Virus record (IMG/VR): IMGVR_UViG_3300030294_000005
Coordinates: 62,001 to 126,000 of that record
Reading direction: 5' to 3' (one strand)
Length of the DNA stretch: 64,000 nucleotides
Under the pieces are notes generated by a model that ran no database searches, was not told where the DNA came from, and saw only the letters and a list, made by a program, of their open reading frames with translations. This document shows positions 56,909 through 64,000 of this stretch, piece by piece. Position 1 is the first letter of the stretch. Each line of letters begins with the position of its first letter. The translations under genes were made by a program, and so were the position numbers.

Positions 56909-57410
56909 GTTAATGTTTTCTAGTGAATCGAATACTTGGGAAACCCCGATCCAATTTTTCAATAGATTAAATCTAGAATTTAATTTTAATTTGGATGTAT
57001 GCTCATTTCCAGAGACTGCTAAATGTAAAAATTATTTTACACCATCAGACGATGGATTAAGTAAAGACTGGGGATTAAATACTTGTTGGATGAATCCACC
57101 ATACGATCAATGTGCATTATGGATGGAGAAAGCATATCATGAAGCAATTAAGGGAGCTACGGTTGTAGCTCTCATTCCAAGTCGTACAGATACAAGATAT
57201 TTTGATGATTATTGTATGAAAGCTTCTGAAATTAGATTTGTTAAAGGAAGATTAAAATTTGGTAATTCAAAAAATTGTGCTCCATTTCCAAGTATGATAG
57301 TTATATTTAATTATTATAATTGGGATAGGTATATACACATTAGTACTTATAATAAAAATAGATTAAAGTTATTAAGGATGGAAAAATTTAATGTTATAAA
57401 ATTTGTATAG
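56889..57410 (+). CDS. Phage DNA N6-adenine methyltransferase (Dam_phage type)
   Basis: WETP, LDVC, DGL..DW, WMNPPY, LIP.RTDT and IRF.KGRLKF. Confidence 0.9.
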   Translation: MDSSTSELMFSSESNTWETPIQFFNRLNLEFNFNLDVCSFPETAKCKNYFTPSDDGLSKDWGLNTCWMNPPYDQCALWMEKAYHEAIKGATVVALIPSRTDTRYFDDYCMKASEIRFVKGRLKFGNSKNCAPFPSMIVIFNYYNWDRYIHISTYNKNRLKLLRMEKFNVIKFV

Positions 57411-57427
57411 ATAATATTAAAAGGTGG

Positions 57428-57850
57428 ATGATTATTATGGAAAAATGTTTAAGTTGTACTGCTATGACAGGTGATCTATATTGTTTATTAGATGGGGAAC
57501 TAAAAGATGAAATACAATTAAATATGCCTCAATCAGAATGTGAAGTTAATAATGCATATAAAAAAGATAGAATGGCTGACTTTAGAAAAATTAAAATAAT
57601 ACCAAGATCTGAATCATCTTGTACAAAAGAAAAGGTTATATCATTTAATTCAGAAGTATCTATGGAAGATAGTGATATAATATATAAAGCACATTTATCT
57701 AGAGATAAGAATATATTATCATTAGAGTTTGAAGGAGATGTAGTCCCCTATCCTGTATTATCTAAAAAATCTTTTACTATAAGATTAGAAATACCAGAAG
57801 AGGAAGTAGGATGTGGAGAATGTGATACTTGTATAACCCCTATATGCTAA
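57428..57850 (+). CDS. Hypothetical Cys-rich protein
   Basis: CxxC at the N-terminus and CGECDTC at the C-terminus. Confidence 0.6.
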   Translation: MIIMEKCLSCTAMTGDLYCLLDGELKDEIQLNMPQSECEVNNAYKKDRMADFRKIKIIPRSESSCTKEKVISFNSEVSMEDSDIIYKAHLSRDKNILSLEFEGDVVPYPVLSKKSFTIRLEIPEEEVGCGECDTCITPIC

Positions 57851-57870
57851 ATATTAAAAATATATTTAAT

Positions 57871-57880
57871 CATATATTAT
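57871..57880 (+). promoter_or_regulatory. Putative early promoter CATATATTAT
   Basis: Upstream of the kinase operon. Confidence 0.55.
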
Positions 57881-57932
57881 AAATGTGAATAAATATAATA
57901 ATTTTAGATGATTTATTTAAGGAGGGGTTAAT

Positions 57933-58694
57933 TTGCTTAATGACTACTATTCTCCTATTAATAATATGCCTAATAATGGATATGGAATTCAACCAAATCC
58001 GATAGGAAATATTTTGAATATAGGGCAGCAAGGTTATAATGGTGGATATTATAATAATACTTATAATAATTATTATAATCCTTATCTTGCCATAAAAAAT
58101 CATGAATTAATGCAAACACAATTAAGAGAAGAACAAAGAGTTCAATCTTCAATGATGATGATGATAAGTAAAGCTGTAAATAAAGCAGCTGGACAAGAAA
58201 TGCCAAATGAAAGATTAGAAGAGTTGTATGGATATAAAGATCCAGAACGCTATGTTCCTAAGCCAGATAGTATGGAATATGAACAGAATTTAATAGTTGG
58301 AATGTATTTAAATGAAAGTAATTATTTACCACAAGATATTCAATATATAAATTATTTTAATTCAATGTATGATACTGCTAAACAAGAATGTCCAGACAAT
58401 ATTTCAATGTATGATTATAATCAAAAGATGTCAGAGAAGTATGTAAAAATGCTTGTTGATATTGATAAAGAGAAACAAAAAGATGTAAGTAAATTATACA
58501 ATAACAAAGATTATAATAAACTATTAGATATGAATTCTAATGGAAGCAGTTATTTTAATAGTATATTCAATGGAGCAAATGGTAATAGCAATGTATCTAT
58601 AGATGATATGGAAGTTACATTACCAGCTCATTTATCAAATGAATATCAATCAAGAAGAAAACAATTCTTAGATGCAATACTAAATAAGAAATAG
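57933..58694 (+). CDS. Protein with N/Y/G/Q-rich prion-like N-terminus
   Basis: First 50 or so aa: NNMPNNGYGIQPNP...GQQGYNGGYYNNTYNNYYNPY; TTG start after GGAGG. Confidence 0.7.
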   Translation: MLNDYYSPINNMPNNGYGIQPNPIGNILNIGQQGYNGGYYNNTYNNYYNPYLAIKNHELMQTQLREEQRVQSSMMMMISKAVNKAAGQEMPNERLEELYGYKDPERYVPKPDSMEYEQNLIVGMYLNESNYLPQDIQYINYFNSMYDTAKQECPDNISMYDYNQKMSEKYVKMLVDIDKEKQKDVSKLYNNKDYNKLLDMNSNGSSYFNSIFNGANGNSNVSIDDMEVTLPAHLSNEYQSRRKQFLDAILNKK

Positions 58695-58709
58695 AAAGGG
58701 TGAATAATC

Positions 58710-59579
58710 TTGGCTAAAGCAGATATACTTAACATATTATATTCTAAAGATCGTTCACCTTTAGAATTTCATTTTGATTCTTTAGTAATGCCAACTATGC
58801 TATGTTATTTATCACCTCAAGATATACAAGCATTATATAATATAGCATCATCTATCAAGTACAGTTCTAAGATAAATTTAAAATATAAAGAGATAGATAA
58901 CATTATGGTTAATAGAGGATTCAAGAAGTTTCATTCAGGAACTAATAGAATTGTTTATAGTTATTTAGAAGATAGATCATTTTTAGTAAAGATTGCTATA
59001 GATAGAGTTGGATTACGAGATAATCCAGATGAATTTAGCAATCAATTTTTATTAAAACCTTTTGTTACAAGAACATTCGAAGTTAGTCCATGTGGCACTA
59101 TAGCCACAGTTGAAAGAGTAGAACCTATAACAAGCAGACAAGAGTTTATAAGTATAGCTGGAGATGTATTTGATTTATTAAATAAACAAATACTAGGTGA
59201 ATATATCTTAGAAGATATAGGAACTAATTATTTTATGAATTATGGATTAAGAAGTGGATTTGGTCCAGTACTATTGGATTATCCATACTTATTTAAACTT
59301 GATGGAAATAAATTATATTGTAATCAAGTATTAGAAACAGGCCATTTATGTGAAGGATTAATAGACTATGATGCAGGATTTAACAATTTGATATGTTCAA
59401 AATGTGGAAAAAGATATCTTGCAACAGAATTACAAAAGGCTAAGGATAATAAATTAATATTCATGAAGGGTAGTAATGAAATTAATTTAAATATAAAACT
59501 AAAACGAGGTGACAAAATAGTAAAGGATCTTACTAACGATAAAGAAACTGAAACTATTATGTTCAAAAAGAAAGGATGA
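58710..59579 (+). CDS. Atypical protein kinase-fold protein with C-terminal Zn ribbon
   Basis: SGTNR.VY (Gly loop), LVKIA (VAIK Lys), N..E (helix C), EDI....MNYG (catalytic loop), VLLDY (DFG-equivalent), then C..C...CSKC. Confidence 0.65.
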   Translation: MAKADILNILYSKDRSPLEFHFDSLVMPTMLCYLSPQDIQALYNIASSIKYSSKINLKYKEIDNIMVNRGFKKFHSGTNRIVYSYLEDRSFLVKIAIDRVGLRDNPDEFSNQFLLKPFVTRTFEVSPCGTIATVERVEPITSRQEFISIAGDVFDLLNKQILGEYILEDIGTNYFMNYGLRSGFGPVLLDYPYLFKLDGNKLYCNQVLETGHLCEGLIDYDAGFNNLICSKCGKRYLATELQKAKDNKLIFMKGSNEINLNIKLKRGDKIVKDLTNDKETETIMFKKKG

Positions 59580-59585
59580 TTAAAA

Positions 59586-60131
59586 ATGATAATGGTATTA
59601 AAAAGAGGAAATAATGTAGTTAATAATGTACCACAGGTTGCTATTGATGAAGAAATTAATGAAGAGAAAAGTTATTCAAATGTATTAAATGTAAAAGTCA
59701 ATAAAAAACCAGGAATACCTAATCGTATTCCTAGCGAGTCAGATGATAGAATAAATCAAGGTATACTAGAGGAAGAGCATAAAGACTTTAAATTTAATAC
59801 AGCATCTAATTTTATACCAACTCCAACTACTAAAAATAGTGCAGAAAATGCACTTGGAGCTTATGGATTAAGTGATAAAGATTTTGAAGAAGAAGAAACA
59901 TCTGCTCCAAAAATAGTAGATAAATATTCTAATATAAATAAAAAAGATGCAGGTATATTATATAAAAATTCAGTGCCTGTAGATAATGTAAAAGCTGGTG
60001 ATGTTAAATCAGAAGATGTAGAAACTAAAGATGAAATATCAATAGAAGAAAAATATGCTGATCTTGCAAACCCAGAAGATTATGATAGTGTTCAGAAAAT
60101 ACAAAGACGAAAAAATATAGAACAATATTAA
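59586..60131 (+). CDS. Probably disordered acidic protein
   Basis: Low hydrophobicity, rich in E/D/K/N/S/T/P. Confidence 0.65.
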   Translation: MIMVLKRGNNVVNNVPQVAIDEEINEEKSYSNVLNVKVNKKPGIPNRIPSESDDRINQGILEEEHKDFKFNTASNFIPTPTTKNSAENALGAYGLSDKDFEEEETSAPKIVDKYSNINKKDAGILYKNSVPVDNVKAGDVKSEDVETKDEISIEEKYADLANPEDYDSVQKIQRRKNIEQY

Positions 60132-60145
60132 AATAAAAAGGATGC

Positions 60146-60799
60146 GTGATGAAAATGTTTAAAGGAACATTATTTATAACAACAGATGTAAATATATTAC
60201 AGCAATTAGTATATAATAATAAAGTAATTATTATTGGAGAACCAGATCCAGCAATGATTAATGCATTAAATGCTGTAGTTGGGAGTATATTACTTCCTCC
60301 ATATTTAGCTATGATGGCACAGATGGATGGAAATATTAATGAATTTTATAATCAATACTATCTACATCTATATACAAAAGAGCCACAAGAGTTTATAGCT
60401 ACAATATTAAAAGCTTTAACCCTTGGAAAAAATATAGTTATGTATTGTACTGAAGATGAATTTAAATTATGCGGTCAATTCTTATTACAATTCTTACAGA
60501 AAGATTTTGGGATAGTAGTAGGAACGCAAAACAATCAATTCTATTTTGATCCAGCATATACACCTACAGTAACTACATTACTATATATAAATGATCTAGT
60601 TACTGCAGATGAATTATTTATGTTGTATCCAGATACTATTCCAATCAATGATATAATATTACCAAAACTAGTTCAAGAACTTCATCCAGTTGTAGATGAA
60701 CAAACTAAAGATTCATATTTGAAATATTTTGGCGATTTAAATCATAGGGTTAAATTAAATCATAAATTTAGAAAGTCCCCAATATCAATGGGGATGTAA
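60146..60799 (+). CDS. Hypothetical protein, DUF488-like pattern (paralog A)
   Basis: LLPP...F...Y..HL.......I...L..GKNIVMYC. Confidence 0.45.
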   Translation: MMKMFKGTLFITTDVNILQQLVYNNKVIIIGEPDPAMINALNAVVGSILLPPYLAMMAQMDGNINEFYNQYYLHLYTKEPQEFIATILKALTLGKNIVMYCTEDEFKLCGQFLLQFLQKDFGIVVGTQNNQFYFDPAYTPTVTTLLYINDLVTADELFMLYPDTIPINDIILPKLVQELHPVVDEQTKDSYLKYFGDLNHRVKLNHKFRKSPISMGM

Positions 60800-60801
60800 T
60801 A

Positions 60802-61278
60802 ATGCTTGTATTTGGAGATTATAATAGTTTACCTAGAGATGATAGATTTGTAACATTCAATTTATCATCTTTAATAGAGGGATTTGAAATGATAAATATA
60901 GTCCCTCCGTTTATAAAACAATTTAATGATGAAAAGCAATTTGATATAACATATGCAAATTATCTTATATCAGATGATAATGCTTTTTATGAAATGATGA
61001 AAGTTATTATGAGTATATATATGGCTAAGAATGTATATATACTTGTGACAAAGGACGAAACTAGTATCTTTGAGATATTAACGGAATCGTTTCAAAAGTT
61101 TATTCAACAAAGGTACGGAGTAATATCTAGTAATATAAATTGTATTGAAGATTTAGAATATATAGATGATAATCAACAATTTTCTATACAAGGTCTATTT
61201 AATTTAGATATTGATAAAACTAGATTTTGCTATATGTACTATACAAAGTATCCAGAAGAGTTAAAAGTGGAAGAATAG
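60802..61278 (+). CDS. Hypothetical protein, DUF488-like pattern (paralog B)
   Basis: IVPP...F...YANYL......M.VI..I...KNVYIL; aligns by eye with 60146..60799. Confidence 0.45.
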   Translation: MLVFGDYNSLPRDDRFVTFNLSSLIEGFEMINIVPPFIKQFNDEKQFDITYANYLISDDNAFYEMMKVIMSIYMAKNVYILVTKDETSIFEILTESFQKFIQQRYGVISSNINCIEDLEYIDDNQQFSIQGLFNLDIDKTRFCYMYYTKYPEELKVEE

Positions 61279-61328
61279 AGATATTCTTCTGCTTATATTT
61301 TTTTATTTACATAGAGGAGAATAGATAA

Positions 61329-61700
61329 ATGCTATATTATGATAAAGTACCAAATAATATATTGGTTCTTAGAGAGAAAGAAATATCTGTAATTGAATTT
61401 ATAGATTTATTTAAAGAATATGAAAATAATGATGTATTAGTAAATACATTTACTCAAGGATTTTGTTATTGGTTTGCTTTTATATTAAAAACTAGATTTA
61501 AAGATAGTGAAATATATTATAATACTGAAGATCATTTCATGATTAAATTAAATGATAAACTTTATGATATTACTGGAGATTGTACTGATAATTGGAATAA
61601 TAATTGTTTATATTTATGGAATGATTTTATTATTAAATATCCAAACGAATCTAAATGTATAATCAGAGATGTCATAGAAAAGAAAAATACTAAATTTTAA
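61329..61700 (+). CDS. Small papain/transglutaminase-like Cys-His-Asp protein
   Basis: F..G.CY.FA..L, then HF.I, then LYDITG. Confidence 0.5.
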   Translation: MLYYDKVPNNILVLREKEISVIEFIDLFKEYENNDVLVNTFTQGFCYWFAFILKTRFKDSEIYYNTEDHFMIKLNDKLYDITGDCTDNWNNNCLYLWNDFIIKYPNESKCIIRDVIEKKNTKF

Positions 61701-61728
61701 ATCTAAGATTAACATTTTATTAAAAGAG

Positions 61729-62007
61729 GTGATTATAATGATAAGTATAACTGAATTAGGATTTAAAAGTTTTGAGGATATTGCAAATATAGATTTTTCT
61801 TTATTATATCCACAACAACTTATAGTAGGTGGAGTAGAACCGCTGCTTAATAAATATTATGAAAGAAGAGTACAAAATACACAAAATTCGTTTAATAAAG
61901 ATGTACATGATATGATTAAAGAATTTAAATGTATATGTAAATATAGAAAAAGAATAATAAATAGACAAAGATTATATGATAAGAGAAAGAAACGTGGATT
62001 AATATGA
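61729..62007 (+). CDS. Hypothetical basic protein
   Basis: AACA-N6-TA at 61711-61722; GAGGTG RBS. Confidence 0.55.
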   Translation: MIIMISITELGFKSFEDIANIDFSLLYPQQLIVGGVEPLLNKYYERRVQNTQNSFNKDVHDMIKEFKCICKYRKRIINRQRLYDKRKKRGLI

Positions 62008-62816
62008 TTAGTCAATTATATAAAAGAATAAATTATTCTTCAGAATTTTCATATATTATATCAAGATATATAAGAGAATATGATATATCAAAAGCAAATA
62101 TAAATATATTATATTCTTTAAATTTAATAACTAAATCTCAATATGAATATTTAGATAAAGCAGATAGAATGGAAAGACAGGTTATAATAGGATTGATGCA
62201 ACAGAAAGATAATAACATTTCTATTGCATTGAAAAAAGGAATAATAGAAGCAAAGGAACAATTCTTTGTTTCAAATAATATACAAGATAATGAAGTATTA
62301 TGTATAAAGAATGATGCTATATTTCTTATAGATAAGATAGCAGTAAATACTAAGTTTGGTATCGTTGAATTTAAAAATAAAAATACATATACTTCATATT
62401 ATAAATTACCATATAATAATATTGAATTATATTATTATATTGATATAGTAAATAATTTAGAAGTCTTAACCGTTAAAGGAATAAAAGAAGATGCTGCAGT
62501 ATTACATAATAATTACTTTATAGAATTTCTAAAGGTTCTATTCTGTTCAACAGAGACAGAATCAATAGAAGATACTATAGCATTATTAGTTACTTTTTAT
62601 AATAATTATATACAGTTAAATTTAGAAACAGAATATTATAGAGAGTTCAATTCTGAATCTTTAATAAGATTAAAAAGAATGTCTAGATTGTATTCTTTTA
62701 AAGCTGACTTCTTAGAAGAGAAGAATAAGGAGTATATAGATATATCTTTTAATCTTAATATATTAAGATTCCTGCATCAAATCTATTCTGGATTATTATT
62801 TTCTAGAAAAAGATAA
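62004..62816 (+). CDS. Small DNA polymerase palm-like protein
   Basis: IREYDISKAN (motif A-like), R...IG (motif B-like) and CIKNDAIF (motif C-like). Confidence 0.5.
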   Translation: MISQLYKRINYSSEFSYIISRYIREYDISKANINILYSLNLITKSQYEYLDKADRMERQVIIGLMQQKDNNISIALKKGIIEAKEQFFVSNNIQDNEVLCIKNDAIFLIDKIAVNTKFGIVEFKNKNTYTSYYKLPYNNIELYYYIDIVNNLEVLTVKGIKEDAAVLHNNYFIEFLKVLFCSTETESIEDTIALLVTFYNNYIQLNLETEYYREFNSESLIRLKRMSRLYSFKADFLEEKNKEYIDISFNLNILRFLHQIYSGLLFSRKR

Positions 62817-62837
62817 ATAAATATAGGGGGTATTATA

Positions 62838-63422
62838 ATGAAAATTATTAATTTAAGAAAAGGTGATAAATTAAAATATGTTAAAAGTGCTGTAATGGCT
62901 GGTGCTTGCGAAGGTCAAATTAGTATTATACATTCTGCCAAAAATGAAGACATATCTATAAGTGGTGGAGTTTATGGTATACCTATAAATGGATTATGTG
63001 AGAATTATAAATTTATTAAAGAAGATGGTACTTTAGAAGATATAACTAAAGGATTAGGATATACCGATTTTATAGTAAGAGCAAAAAATTTAGCATTAGC
63101 ATGTTATAAAATAGGAATTGGACAACCATATAGTATAGATTTACCAAAAGAATATTTAAATGAATTAATGCAAGATACATTATTTCAGATATGTAGTTTA
63201 GACGATTCTGCTGCTATTACTCCAGAAAAAAGTCATAAAAATTGGATGGATAGAAAAATTAGATATGGATGGATATATGGTGAAACTGAAAATTTAGAAA
63301 AGAAAACTCATCCAAATCTAATCCCATTTAATAGTCTTTCTGAAATAGAAAAAAATAAATATGTAATAAATAATTTAATGTATAAAGAATTTGAAAAGTT
63401 ATGGAATGAGATATTTAAATAA
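62838..63422 (+). CDS. RyR-domain protein
   Basis: H.NWM..KI..GW.YG......KKTHP.LIPF..L...EK.K is the RyR repeat signature. Confidence 0.8.
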   Translation: MKIINLRKGDKLKYVKSAVMAGACEGQISIIHSAKNEDISISGGVYGIPINGLCENYKFIKEDGTLEDITKGLGYTDFIVRAKNLALACYKIGIGQPYSIDLPKEYLNELMQDTLFQICSLDDSAAITPEKSHKNWMDRKIRYGWIYGETENLEKKTHPNLIPFNSLSEIEKNKYVINNLMYKEFEKLWNEIFK

Positions 63423-63434
63423 TATAATTAGGGG

Positions 63435-63722
63435 ATGGGATATCATATGTTTAAAAAATTAAGAAAATGGTATGTATTAAATTTATATAAAAAATTTGAT
63501 ACAACTGCTAACTTAGCTTATCATCTATATAAAAGATGGTTGATAATAAATATTATAGGATTTATCATATCATTTATTTTATATATGAGTTTTAGATTTA
63601 ATTTTATTAAATGCAATGATGGATCTATTTTAATAAGTACTTTTATGATAATGATTTGTTTTATAGGATGGAGTGTAACATCTATCGCTGGAATGAAAGA
63701 TAATTCGAGGAAAATAAAATGA
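63435..63722 (+). CDS. Small membrane protein (2 TM)
   Basis: Two hydrophobic helices. Confidence 0.6.
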   Translation: MGYHMFKKLRKWYVLNLYKKFDTTANLAYHLYKRWLIINIIGFIISFILYMSFRFNFIKCNDGSILISTFMIMICFIGWSVTSIAGMKDNSRKIK

Positions 63723-63949
63723 AAAAATGTTTTGGTAATTATTTTGTAGAAAATATGTGTGAAGATCATAGCTGTACAGAAAAAGGGTGTTTTGCTAGAA
63801 CAATGATCAGTAGAGGTGCATGTGCATGTCCTTATAAAGAAAATTGTACTTTATTAACACAAAGAAGACAAACAAATTATAGAAAAGAGAATAATCGTAA
63901 AATATCAGATTGTGGATATTATGAAGAGTATTCTAATAAAAGATGTTGA
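63719..63949 (+). CDS. Small Cys-rich protein
   Basis: Nine Cys in 76 aa; ATGA overlap with the upstream gene. Confidence 0.6.
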   Translation: MKKCFGNYFVENMCEDHSCTEKGCFARTMISRGACACPYKENCTLLTQRRQTNYRKENNRKISDCGYYEEYSNKRC

Positions 63950-64000
63950 TAATTACAATTCATTGATAAACTAGATATTATTGTTAAACTTATCTGAACA

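Noticed and set aside
1-64000. Stop-codon reassignment, as seen in some jumbo phages
   Set aside because: Genes are long and tightly packed in code 11, and TAA, TAG and TGA all occur as genuine ends followed by terminators or new RBSs.

Overview
This 64 kb window is very AT-rich, densely coding and reads in the standard genetic code. It looks like part of a jumbo myophage genome of the phiKZ/AR9(PBS1)-type, probably infecting a low-GC Bacillota (Clostridia-like) host. The left two-thirds is mostly a late virion module. It holds four paralogous internal-head (ejection-type) proteins with [ILV]-x-E/[SA] putative maturation sites, tube/baseplate-like genes, an RCC1-repeat protein, a RusA-like resolvase, a 3582-aa tape measure ending in C39-like peptidase and GH24 lysozyme domains, and a 1747-aa beta-like subunit of a phage multisubunit (probably virion) RNA polymerase. 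The right third is accessory and nucleotide metabolism: ThyX, Tmk, NDT-like, DEDD exonuclease, RNase H, adenine MTase, HExxH proteases, a small polymerase-palm protein and a RyR-domain protein. Two phage promoter classes can be read from the intergenic DNA: AAC[A/T]-N6-TA (AR9 late-type, over 20 copies) and [T/C]ATATATTAT (phiKZ early-like, about 12 copies). The most notable candidates are: (i) an early operon encoding a prion-like protein, an atypical kinase with a Zn ribbon, a disordered partner and two DUF488-like paralogs; (ii) tandem sigma4-like HTH::RNAP alpha-CTD fusion proteins; (iii) a shared short motif (basic-x-[VP]I[SIR]F) in many unrelated proteins; (iv) promoter-to-terminator units with no ORF (candidate sRNAs) and micropeptides; (v) AR9-type promoters, which are uracil-dependent in AR9, alongside a dTMP synthesis pathway. 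All functional calls come from visual motif recognition only; no searches were run.
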